NCBI RefSeq assembly: GCF_025526975.1
Contig: NW_026515674.1
Coordinates: 930,001-994,000 of the forward strand
From: Fimicolochytrium jonesii
Lineage: Eukaryota
DNA length: 64,000 bases
Direction of reading: 5' to 3'
Positions 25,407 through 36,626 of the stretch are shown one piece after another (within the stretch, counting starts at the first letter, position 1; each line of letters opens with the position of its first letter). Position numbers and translations under genes: made by a program. The notes under the pieces are model-generated. The model was not told the origin of the DNA. It made no database searches and worked only from the letters and a program-made list of their open reading frames with translations.

Positions 25407-27848
25407 ATGGTGACTGCTTCAACGAAGACACCTGCGAACATGCTCGAAAGTCCAGCGGAAGTCGCACCAGGCGTCACATTTGCCGCCCTGGTGGAATCCT
25501 CCCCGCAAGGCATCGTAGTCTACGATGCCCTCGGCACCATCCACTACTGGTCCGCCGGCGCAACATGCATCTTCAAATACAGCAAAGAAGAGGCTGTCGG
25601 GCAAAACTTTGTCTCACTGATCTGCCCACCCACCCACGAAGAGAAAGCACGACAGGCGCAATTAAGCGATCTGATCAAGAGCGGGCGGAACATCGTCGTG
25701 CCCGTTAGCGCCAAAAACGGCCTCGAGTTTCCGGTCCGGGTGCACACGGTCCCCATTGGCGAGCAGTACGTCACCTACGTCTCGCTCATCGAGTCCAAAG
25801 AGGCCGCGATGATCCTCAGAAGCAACTACACCTACGCGCTGAAAGACGTGGAGGGCAGATATACGGACGTCAGCGACACCTTCGCGACGCTCGTCGGCGT
25901 GCCCCGGTCCGAGATGATCGGCAAGCGGGATCTCGACTATTTTGGCGAGAAAGTGTGGGCGTACCTCCGCCCTGACGACGTGGCGGCGATGAAGGGGAAG
26001 AAGATGGTGGTCTCGGAGGAGCATGTCGAGATGCCGGATGGGAATACAAATGTGTATTTTGTGTGCAGGGTGCCCGAGATTGATCATGCGACGGGCGAGT
26101 GTGTGGGGTTGGGCGTTATTGGACATGATATTACGGAGTATGTACGCACCCGCGAGAGGGCTTCGGAGTTGGAGAAGGCGCAATTGAAGTTGAGCGAGCA
26201 GCTTGCGCTGCAGTCTAGTCAAATGAAGTCGAAGTAAGATCAAACCTTTCGTCTCGCACGTATGCGAACTGTTCAGGCTGACGCCCAATTTTCCCTTTCC
26301 CCAGCTGGATGGCACGCATGAGCCATGAAGTTCGAACCCCTATCAACGGAATCATGGGTCTCAACGATCTACTTCTCGGCACCCGTCTGGACAACGAACA
26401 AAGAGACTATGCGCAGGAGGTCGAACGCTCCTGCCGCGCACTCACGCTCATCGTCGATGATATCCTGTAAGTGATAATATCCTCATTCAGGCTGTTCAAA
26501 CACACGTCCATGCTTATCCCCTTCGCCGATCCCATCAGCGACTTCTCCAAAATCGAAGCCGGCCGCGTAACCCTCGACGTCCTCACCGTCGACCTGCACG
26601 AATTCCTCCGCGACACCGCCGCCATCTTCCGCCCACTCGCCCACCAAAAGAACCTCACCTTCACATGCACCACCACGCCGCTCGCACCACCCCACACGCC
26701 CTTCGTCAAAATCGACCCATTACGATTACGCCAATGCCTATCCAATCTCGTCGCCAACGCCATCAAGTTTACATTGCACGGCAGTGTCGTGGTGGATACG
26801 CGACTCGCGGACGGGATGCTGGTGTTTGAAGTGCGGGATACAGGGATTGGAGTCGAGGAGGAGACGGTCAAGTGTATCTTTGAGCCGTTTACGCAGGCGG
26901 AGGGGTCGACTACACGGAGGTTTGGAGGGAGTGGGTTGGGTCTTACGATTGCGAAGGAGCTGGTGGCGCTTATGGGTGGGGATATCACCGTTCTCAGTTC
27001 GGTGGGGAAAGGCAGCACTTTCACGTTACGGGTGCCGTATGTTGAGGGGGTGGTGCCGAAGGGAGCTGAGGACGCACCGAATGGGGTGACGGAAGCGAAT
27101 GGAGTCGCAAATGCGACTGCAAACGAGACTGCAAACGAGGCGAAGGGCAGTACTGCGGACACGCCGGGTCATACAAATGGATTTGCCCACGCGAATGGGA
27201 CCGGCGGTCCGACGACGGAAGCGAAACCTGAAACACAGGCCAAACCACGCAGGTTGAGAAGAGGCAGCTCGTCTGGAAGCGTTACGGGATTGTCGATTTT
27301 GGTCGCTGAGGATAATCCCACGGTATGTGTTTCTACGTCTGCGGCGGCCCTTGAGATCGCGATCTGTCCCCGTTGATTGACATTGAGATCCTTCCGCGTC
27401 TCCCTCACAGAACATTAAAATCATAACCCGCGTCCTCACCAACCTCGGCCACACCCCCACCATAACCACCAACGGCCTCGCCTGCCTCCAAACCCTCCAA
27501 TCCTCCCCACCCCACACCTTCAACCTGATCCTCATGGACATCTCGATGCCGATCATGGACGGCTACACCTCAGCAACCCACATCCGGGCGCTGCCGGCGC
27601 CGTGGAGCGAGGTTGCGATTGTCGCGGTGACGGCCAATGCGTTGCCGGATGAGCGGCAGAGGTGTCTTGGCGTCGGGATTGATGAGTATGTGGCCAAGCC
27701 GGTGGGGAGGAAGGGGTTGGAGGAGGTGTTGGAGAGGTGGGGGAGGGGGCGGGGGAGGGGTTGGAGGAAGTGTAAGGAGGTTGGGGTGGTGGAGGACGAG
27801 CCCGGGGAGGACGGGATGGTGGAACGGATGAAGGCGATGGGGGTTTGA
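25407..27848 (+). CDS. Cytoplasmic hybrid histidine kinase: PAS-PAS-HisKA-HATPase-REC; 4 exons
   Basis: Two PAS folds ([15 protein letters not shown]...AVG; KDVEGRY...MIGK...HDIT), H-box [35 protein letters not shown], and receiver AEDN...[11 protein letters not shown]...KP. Confidence 0.92.
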
Positions 27849-28644
27849 GCTGAGGGGTTACCTTCCCTCTTTGACTTCCGGAATGAGGAGGGCGCGGGAG
27901 GAGTTCTCCGCTTTGATGCGCTCCCTCGGCCGGACCGACCCCGAGGCCCGGAGCAACAGCCCACCGGACCGTAAGAAACACCCGTCGTTTCGCGCTCTCG
28001 CACAACATCCCCCCTGCTCGCCTCCTACACCCACCGTCCGTCGGAAATACCCCCACGACCCAACGCGCAGCAGCCATACGGCCCACCCGCGCAGCGATCC
28101 CACTTGCCCATCTTTGCACCCGACTGGTACATCGACACATGTTTACCCCCTCGCTTCACCCCGTTCACATCCCCAGCACACGTGGCCAGACATCATTCCC
28201 CCAGTTCTGTTCCGCATTTTTTTTTTTTGGATGTCCGCCCATAGACATTTATTTAGACTACATGTTCTCTATTTGGCTCACTGTTCCCTATTTTCTCTCT
28301 CGGTTTTGGTGTTTTGTGGGGTCGGGGCCACGCTGTATATACCATGCTGCTCTGCTTGTCGCTTGTTCTTCAATCTTCTGAATGCGGCTTTTGAGATTCC
28401 GTAGAGGTTTCTTTTCCTGGTACCCAAGGTTCTTATGCGCGTCTGTCGTGAAACTCTGACTCTCATACCCAGCGCCTCTCCCACCCCAAAAATGAAGACT
28501 GCCCAAAAATCGTGTCGGTATGGCTGCGTGGGGATTGGCGGAGAAGGGATCGGCCCCTCGTCGTCCACGTCGATCCCAGCCCGCCGAAAGAAAAACCCCC
28601 TGCTTCTCATCTACACCCCCGCCTCACCACTCTGTCCCTCGCAC

Positions 28645-29722
28645 TCAAGGAATCCCACCCTGAACAATTTCAAACAGCTCCGCGACGTTCATCCCCGTCT
28701 TTGCCGACACGGCGCGGAACTCGATGCTCCATTCTTTGGCCTGCTTGAGCGCGTCTTGGGTTGGGACTTTTATCGCGTCTGCGTCATCTGACTAATAGAA
28801 CATGACCAGAGGGTAGAGTCAGAATATGGATGAAAGTTGAGGCAGCGACTGGGGGGCTGGTTGAATGTACCTTGGTGCCGACGATGACGGCGAGCGCGTC
28901 CGGGCAATTGCGTTTGTATTCGTTGTACCAGAACGGCAGCTCCATGAACGAGGACGTGTTGAGCATGTCGAAGCAGAGGATCACTGCCTGTTTACGAGGG
29001 CGCGAGCGGGAAAGTGGAGTTTAACAAATGCCCGTGTCGGTGTCGTCCGGCTGTGATGCATGAAAAACGCTTCCCTGCCCACATCCATCCCCCACATCGA
29101 CTCCTTGTCACACACCCTGCCAGCCAATCAAGCCCTGTCCCGATCCCCGCACACCCCGCACAACTTCCACGAAACGTACGTTAGCTCCAACGAAAAACTG
29201 CTCCAAAAGCGCCCGGTATCGCTCATGTCCGCCGCAGCACCAGAGGTTCAACGAATACTTGTTCCTGGAAAAAAAAATCGCCCCCCACGTAAATCATATG
29301 TTTCTCGTTTCCCTGTGAGATGTGCCCCACGAATATGTTACTTCTCGGTGGTCGTCTTGACACTCAGATCCGCTCCAAAGGTTTGTTGGTAGTGGTTTGA
29401 GTAGGTGTTCGTCAGCGCCCTATTGCGATGGTCCCCATATGAGTCAGTCTTGGTTGGAAATCGCACAAGTGCGGTAGCCATCTGCCTTCTCCCATCCTGC
29501 GACTTGTTCAATCCGCCGGCGTCTCCCGGCCCCATGCACTTCGCTGACCCACACAAAACAGACACGGGACAAGAAATATGAGGAGGTGTGCAAATGCGGC
29601 GATTTGCGTACGTACCGTTGGACTAGAGCGGACTTCCCGCACCCGGCGGACCCGACGATGACGACCTTTTTGGGCTCGAGGGCGGACGAGGGGGCTGGAG
29701 GGGGGTAGGCTGTTGCTGCCAT
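28645..29722 (-). CDS. Atypical Rab-like small GTPase; 5 exons
   Basis: G1 GSAGCGKS, effector YQQTFGAD, G3 position LWCCGGHERY, G4 VGTK|SD, G5 VSAKTG. Ends IVQGGIP* with no prenylation cysteines. Confidence 0.85.
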
Positions 29723-29988
29723 ATCTTCTTGTTCGTCGGGTTGTTTGGGGTTGTTTGCTGAATCTGAGGGTTCTGGTCTCCGCGCGACGCGTTGGGAGGC
29801 GACGGATGTCCGAAGTCTCGAACGGCGTGGATGCGCCCCCTTTCTGCGAACGAGACGAAGTGTGAGGTTTTGCGTCCTGCCAACTACCCCCGGACTACTC
29901 CCTCGCAAAGGCAGTACGTACTGTAACTACAGCACATACCCACCCTCCACCCACTCTGACCCATCACTGGCACTCCTCCTCCCGCAAA

Positions 29989-30885
29989 ATGGACCCCCTC
30001 CTAGCCACCCTCTCCCAGACCCTCTCCAACCTGCACACCTCCCGCCATCTCCGCCCAACCTCAGCCACCGACAGCATAACCAACGACCCACTCTACATCT
30101 CCCTCACACGCACCGTCGACGACCTCGAGAGGCGGGTCGCGAAATTATCCGCCGCTGTTGAGAGGGAGAGGGTGGTGATTGAGAGCGGGAGGGAGGTGCT
30201 TGGGCGGTTGGAAGGGGTTCGGGAATGTGTGGGGCATATGGCGGGGAATGTTCCGGTGGGGGTGCCGCTGGGACGGCGGAGGGAGGAGGGGAAGACGAGG
30301 GTGGTGCTTGCGGAGATGGAGAATCATGGGGAGGAGGGGGCTGGAAGAGGGGATACGAAGGATGCGAGGGCGAAGGAGACGGCTGCACCACCACCGCCCG
30401 CGCAAGTGAAGAAAACGGTCAACACGACGATTGCACCAGTCACGGTGGCGGAATTCGAGTCGTTGCCCAAATACCAAGGTGCGTACAACCCCACTTGGCA
30501 CTTCTGTCCAACCATTCCCGTTTTACTGACTAGTTCCCTTGTCACCACCCCCCTAGTCGGCCGCCTGACCCTCCCCAAACTCAACACCCTAATCTCCGAA
30601 TTCACCCTCCTCCTCCACGACAAACACACCCTCCTCTCCCTGCCCCCCTCAAAAATGACCAAACCCCAACGCGACATCTTCTGGGAGCACAAAAAACACC
30701 ACACCCCCGAAACCAAGGGCAAGATGTTTATCACGGAGAAGGATGTCGCCAGGGATAAGGAGGTGTTTAGTAAGAGTGCGTTTAGGTTGGATCCGATGGG
30801 GAGGAGTGTTGTGGCGATTATGAGGGCACTGGGCAGGATTAGGGAGGTTAGGGGGGGCGGGTGTACGCGGATGGTGGTTTTGTAG
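29989..30885 (+). CDS. SKA1: Spindle and kinetochore-associated protein 1; in-frame intron ~30479-30556
   Basis: N-terminal coiled coil. C-terminal VTVAEFESLPKY..GRLT...ETKGKMFITEKDV...MRALGRIREVRGGG resembles the SKA1 microtubule-binding domain. Confidence 0.85.
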   Translation: MDPLLATLSQTLSNLHTSRHLRPTSATDSITNDPLYISLTRTVDDLERRVAKLSAAVERERVVIESGREVLGRLEGVRECVGHMAGNVPVGVPLGRRREEGKTRVVLAEMENHGEEGAGRGDTKDARAKETAAPPPPAQVKKTVNTTIAPVTVAEFESLPKYQGAYNPTWHFCPTIPVLLTSSLVTTPLVGRLTLPKLNTLISEFTLLLHDKHTLLSLPPSKMTKPQRDIFWEHKKHHTPETKGKMFITEKDVARDKEVFSKSAFRLDPMGRSVVAIMRALGRIREVRGGGCTRMVVL

Positions 30886-31064
30886 GGGTCTGGGGGGGAC
30901 CGGGGGAGGGACGATGTGGGAAGACGCTTCTTTGTTTGCAGATGGGTTGAGAGACATGCCGGTGTATGTAAATATAAATAATTGTGAGGGGTATTGAACC
31001 AATAGATGATAACACTCAATTCGAAACCTCCAATCCAAAAAGTAATCCCATCCAATCCAACCCC

Positions 31065-32840
31065 TCATCCAAAATCCGCCACATACCCACTCCTCAAATA
31101 CATATTCGCCCACCGCTCCCCTTCCCCTTCCCCCTCCTCCACCTCATCGCCCCTCTCCCTCAAAACCCCCTCCATAAGCGTCCTCGTATGCAATCCGGGC
31201 CTCACCCCCTTCTGCTTCATATACTCCCACACCTCCAACGCCCGGTCGGGTCTCTGCCTAACGAACCGTGCAATCAGCATCCCGCACGTACGCGCATCCA
31301 GTGGCTGCGTCGTGTACCGCGGGAGGGTCTGCTTGAAGTATATGTAGGCCTCCCAGGGCAGGCCGCAGCGGATGAAGGCGTAGAGCACAAACCGGTGGAA
31401 CGACGGATGTGTCGTCTCTATCCTGCATTGGTGTTCTGGCGACATATGCGGTTGGAGCAACGAGGTGGATTTAGCCGTAAGGAGCGCGTCGAGCAGTGCC
31501 CTCGCAGCACGCGGACGACGGTGGCGGAGATGCAGGTAAAAAAACGCGAGACAAGTTTTCTGGTCGACGGGGACGGCGTAGGTGTTCATGATATCGAGCA
31601 GATGCGTCGCGGCGGACATGGCGTTATGCGCGGCGTAGACTTCAAACACCGCTGCGAAGATCTTGGGGTGTTTGTGGTACTTGACCGCGTCGGACAGGAT
31701 GGCTGTCGCGACTTTGAGCGTTGAGATTTTGGTTTGTTTTGTGGCATTGTGCCGCGTGATGGGGAGTATGATGGTGGTGTCGTGGCAGAGGGAGTGGATG
31801 AGGGCGCGGTAAGTTGAGACGGTCGGGATACGGCCGTGGCTGCGCATGTACTCGTAGACTTTGTAGGCAGCGAGCGAGTCGCGGATGTCGACGAGGGATT
31901 GGATGACTGTCTGGAAAAGTTTTTGGTCGTGCGTGCAGTGTTCGAGCATCTCGTCCGCGAGCTGTTTAACGGCAAGGAGTTGCCCGCGCCGGGTGACGGA
32001 GGTCAGGCAGGCGCGGTACATCCCCGAATCCAGGTATTGCTGCGAATCCGCCCCTTTCTTCCCACCCCTCCGCCGCGGATCCGAGTCCCTCGCATCACCG
32101 ACCGCCCTCGCCAACACCGTCAAATGCCGCATCTTCATCTTCATGTACCGCATATGCTCCAACTTCCCCCACCTCTCAAACGAGGCCACAACGGCGTCCC
32201 AGTCCATCTTGTTCAGCGGTTCCCCAATCTGGCCCATATCCGCAACCACGCGCTCGATGCGGTCCAGACATATCTGCGGGGAGGTCACCGCGTCTCGTAT
32301 GAACTCCAAAATGGCCGTGAACGTCCAGTGCGGGGAGCAGCGCAGCGCGGCGAGGTCGTGTGAGAGGTAGCAGTATAGCGTCCAGGGGTCCTCGTACGGG
32401 CTGTCGAGGTGGGTGTAGGCGGTTGGCTGGGGAAGGGGGTGGGAGAGGGATTCGCGGTACCATTCGATGGATTGGCGGAGTTCTTCGCGTTGGAGTTTGA
32501 CGGTAGATTGAAGTAGGGGGTCTTCCTCGAAGCCGCGGGAAGCGTAGTAGTCGTGGAGGGGTTCGGAGACGGGGACTGTCGCTTGTGCAGAAGAGCGCCG
32601 GGTTGGGGTTTCGGAGAAGGGTCGCCTAGTCACCGCCATGGCCGCCGTGGGAACGGGTGATACGCTCCCAGACTGCAACATAGGCCCTCCGCTTCGACCT
32701 CTATATCCTCCACTCCGTCCTCTATCGCCGCTGCTGCGGTAGTCCCTCTGTGTTGGCAAGATCCGACGAAGCAGGTATCCCGTTCTTCTTGAACTTGACG
32801 TTGGTGCTGCACCGAGGCACGAGAAGCCATTCTTGAACAT
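31065..32840 (-). CDS. Pentatricopeptide-repeat-like protein, probably mitochondrial RNA-binding
   Basis: Long ORF with PPR-like ~35-aa units (AYKVYEYMRSHGRIPTVSTYRALIHSL; ALEVWEYMKQKGVRP) and an Arg/Ser-rich N-terminus. The start codon is uncertain. Confidence 0.75.
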   Translation of the reverse strand: MFKNGFSCLGAAPTSSSRRTGYLLRRILPTQRDYRSSGDRGRSGGYRGRSGGPMLQSGSVSPVPTAAMAVTRRPFSETPTRRSSAQATVPVSEPLHDYYASRGFEEDPLLQSTVKLQREELRQSIEWYRESLSHPLPQPTAYTHLDSPYEDPWTLYCYLSHDLAALRCSPHWTFTAILEFIRDAVTSPQICLDRIERVVADMGQIGEPLNKMDWDAVVASFERWGKLEHMRYMKMKMRHLTVLARAVGDARDSDPRRRGGKKGADSQQYLDSGMYRACLTSVTRRGQLLAVKQLADEMLEHCTHDQKLFQTVIQSLVDIRDSLAAYKVYEYMRSHGRIPTVSTYRALIHSLCHDTTIILPITRHNATKQTKISTLKVATAILSDAVKYHKHPKIFAAVFEVYAAHNAMSAATHLLDIMNTYAVPVDQKTCLAFFYLHLRHRRPRAARALLDALLTAKSTSLLQPHMSPEHQCRIETTHPSFHRFVLYAFIRCGLPWEAYIYFKQTLPRYTTQPLDARTCGMLIARFVRQRPDRALEVWEYMKQKGVRPGLHTRTLMEGVLRERGDEVEEGEGEGERWANMYLRSGYVADFG

Positions 32841-33308
32841 GAGCTCATCCCCGCTTCCCACCACCGCCGCCACCGTCTATTCCCCACTACTATCAGCTGC
32901 TCTTCACTCCCTATTCCGCTCTGTTATATCGCCAATATATGTCTAAGGCCGGTGGGGATTCGGAACACCTGTGCGAAGTTCGGAAAGCTCAATTCGTAGG
33001 CCGTGATTTCCAGTGTGTGACCGCTTTGGAAGCAGCCGTCTCTGTCGGAGCGGCCGTCTCTGAATGCGGTGGACAGCGCAGACGGCGGAATGGCAACGGT
33101 GGGCGTCCAGCGACGGTTGTGTGTGTGTATGTTTGTGCTAATGCCCTCCGACCTCTGTCTGTCCTGAGTGGGCTTGCAACGACGTCAAAAGCGGTCCTTT
33201 TCCCACTTCAGCGACTTCAGGCGGACGGCAATCATATGCTCATCCCGCAATCCTGGCCACGCACACAAACACACACTCCCATAAAGCATAGAAGCACAGC
33301 CTGTCGCA

Positions 33309-36044
33309 ATGTCACTCGACCACTCCTTCCAACATCTGCAGTCCCTGCTCTCCACGGGCGCTCAAGACCCAACCGCCCTCATCCAAACCCTATCCGCACT
33401 AGCGCCGCAAGATGACGCCGCTCGCGACGACTTTGCAGAGCACACGGCCCTGATCGACTTGCTTGCCGGCCTTTTGACGGACGTAACGAGTGGTGATGTG
33501 GGGGTAAGGACGACGATTGCGAATGTCTTTGCGGAGGCTGCTAAGAGTGGTGAGTTTGTGATGATGGGAGGTGTGATCTGTGGTCGGGGATGGGTAGCGG
33601 AGTGAGCCCTACTGCTGTTGAGCGAGGCGCAGGGATGCTCAAGGCAGGCGAGCAGAGGCCAGGCTTCGTCTTATGGTATCGAGGAGACACCGGCAAAGCG
33701 CGGATGGCGGAAGATTGCATCCGCATGACCTAGTCTATCGCGAGCGGAGCGTGCAGGGGTAGTGTTACATCCCTCGCTCTACTGCTTCAAAATCCGGTTC
33801 GCCAAGGCAATTGCATTCCTTACCTGACCCAGTATCCCTCTCTCCCATTCAGAGTCAGCGAGAGACCCAATCGCAGAAGCCGGCGCCATCCCAGCCCTGA
33901 TCGCCCAACTCAAACTGGGCCACTCTACAACAAGCAGCGACGCAGACAACCTCGTCATCCAAAGTCTCAGAGCTCTCGCAAACCTCTGCTATGACCACGA
34001 CATCAACCGCGAAAAGGTCTTAGAGACACCGAACGGCATTGCCGAGATCGCTTCCTACCTCACATCTCCCAAAATCGCACTGCTGACGACGGCCAGTGGC
34101 GCACTGACGAATATCAGCATGGACAATGAACCCGTGCAGGTGGAGATCCTGAAAGCGGGTGTTCTCAATGTCTTGCTTCAGATCCTGACCAGGCATCTGG
34201 ACCACCCGGCTACGGACGACAACCCGGACGTCATCAAAATGAGCATCGCGGCGATCCGGCTGATCAGCAATCTGTCGGAAAGCGACCGGGGTGTGAATGA
34301 ACTGCTAGCAACCGACGGGCTTTCGATTCTCCTGAAGTTGCTTCGGTACAAGCACAACGTGATCCTGCAACCCTCCGTGACGTCAACCCACCTACAGGAC
34401 GCACTAGAAGCCCTGGACGCACTCACGACCGTCCTCGAAGCCATCAGCGAGAACGACGCCGTGCAGCGGGCCATCGTGTCTCGCGACCTGTTTGAAAACC
34501 TACTCGACTTCGTTGACCACCGCCCCACCAAACCGCGCGCGGAGTTCGACGAGGAGGCTTGGCAGACGTACGCTGACGTGCGGAAGACGGTCTCGCGGAT
34601 AGCTACCCTGGTCTCCATGAACGACGCCAACATGTTTGACATTCCCCAGAAAAGCAACATCATGAAGCAGCTGACGGAGTGGATGGCCCATGGGTCCGGC
34701 AGCCATCTGAGTTGGGCGGAGGAGGACGAGATCCGCATGTCCGGGGCGTTGACGATCGGGAACCTGGCTCGGAGCGATACCACCTGTGTCGATCTGGTCG
34801 AGCGACACGGCGTCGTTCCCCCCATGCTCGCCCTCCTTGAGTTGGAAACGCAGCGGACGAAGAACGCGGGTGCGGAAATGAAGGGCATCATCAAAGTCCT
34901 GCACGCGGTCATTGGTGCCCTCAAGAACCTGTCCCTCGCAAGCGCCAATCGCGCCCGGCTCGGCGACCTAGGCGTTATACAGAAGATCTCGGACACCCTC
35001 GAGATGCCGAAATGCAAACCCGTGCATTACCTCGCCGTCGGGGTCCTCAAGAACCTGTGCGCTGGCAGCAACGACGCGAATGTGTACCGCATTGTCACGG
35101 GGCAGGAACCGCCTAAAGACGCCGCGTCCTCATCCCTGGTCTCATGGCCGGCCACCCCCGCCGGCCAAAAAACACCCCTGAACAAGATCATCAACCTGAT
35201 CTGGAACGCAACCGGCGACAACGACACGGGCATCCGAAACGAAGGCGGCCGTCTCCTCGTCAACCTCGTCCGCGCCATCCACCGCGCCGGCCCCTCACCC
35301 CTCCTCAACACCCTCATCAAAGCCCGCTGCATCGTCCCCCTCATCCAGATCGTCACCGGCGCCCTGCTCACAAAAGCCCGCGCATCAGAAGCAGAGAGCG
35401 GTCCGTCGAATACGGAGGAAGAAGACGACCACCACGTCCATTTCGACGCGACACCCGTCGAGGGGCAGGTCTTCCCAATGGTCCAGAACGAGGGCGTCGT
35501 GGCGCTCATCCTCCTCGCCGACGCCAGCCCGGACTCCATCACGGCCATCAGCAAATACCACGCCTCGATCGTCCCCACCGTCGTCAAGATCCTCACCAGC
35601 GGCCTGGAGACCGGGGACGGCGGTGCAGGTGGTGGTGTGGAAGCGGCGGACCCGACGACGAACCCGGCGGACCCGGCCTACACGTACGCGGACGAGTCAA
35701 AGACGAACGTGTGTGTGCTCCTGCAGGCGCTCGCACGCACCAACGACGAGTTCAGAGACCGCCTCCTGGCCGCGGGTATCAAGCCCGTCCTGGACGCACT
35801 CCGGAAACAGGCACCCGAAACGGCGTCGGCCCCAGCACAGCAGGAACGGCCGTTGGAACCCCCACCGGCGACAACAGGCGCCCTGCTCGGCCGATCTATC
35901 ACCAAATCGGCCCGCCAGCTCTCCGACAACGCCATCAGTAAACGCGAGCTGACGACCGCGTTTGGAACGGAGGAGAAGGCGCCTGGGTATGTGAGCGGGG
36001 TCGCGTTGCCCGGCGCGGCCGCGGCGCTGTTGATGGTGTTGTGA
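33309..36044 (+). CDS. Armadillo-repeat protein, SmgGDS/RAP1GDS1-like; exons 33309-33549 and 33853-36044
   Basis: ARM motifs FAEAAKS|ESARDPIAEAGAIPAL, RALANLCYDH, GALTIGNLARSD and IGALKNLSL. Confidence 0.8.
33550..33852 (+). repeat. Long intron carrying the GCGAGC-hairpin repeat family (copy 4, more diverged)
   Basis: tcgcgagcggagcgtgcaggggta (33738-33761) versus tcgcgagcggtagcgagcaggggta in the NOP15 intron, at a similar distance from the 3' splice site. Confidence 0.7.
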
Positions 36045-36626
36045 TGAATACCCGTGTCCTCGCAAAAATCTCTGTGTAGACCTTGTCGCCCCCCCACCTT
36101 GTACTGTAACGTCCGTCCCCCGTGAATTGTTCTGTACCCTCAGTCTTTTAATCTGCCCTTCTCGGAACACCCCTTTCAAACCTACCTTACGTTCGCGTTC
36201 TGCGGCGTTTTCGTGGCGTCCCCGGAACTGAAACCATGTGTTCTGTTAGTTGGAATCCTGTGTATATACACAGTATATACCCAGTATATACCATGATAGA
36301 ACAAATATCTCCGGCACAAAAGGAAACTTTTGACATTTTTTCTTTTACGCCAATACGTGTCACATGTACGAGACGAAAACGATGAAGAAGAAGAAGTCGG
36401 GCGAAGAAGCAAGTCTACGCGCAGAACAAATGGGGTGAAGGGAAAACGGTATATATATACGCAGGGGGGAAAAACAAAAGCAAACACAAAAAACAAAGAG
36501 CGAAAGATGAAATAGATACATGAAGGACGAGGGGGTATGGAACACGTATGCGGGTTAGGTAGGAGGGTGACGGGGGTACCGAACAGATATATACAAAAAA
36601 CCCCGTTCGAAGTGGAAAAGTCCTCT

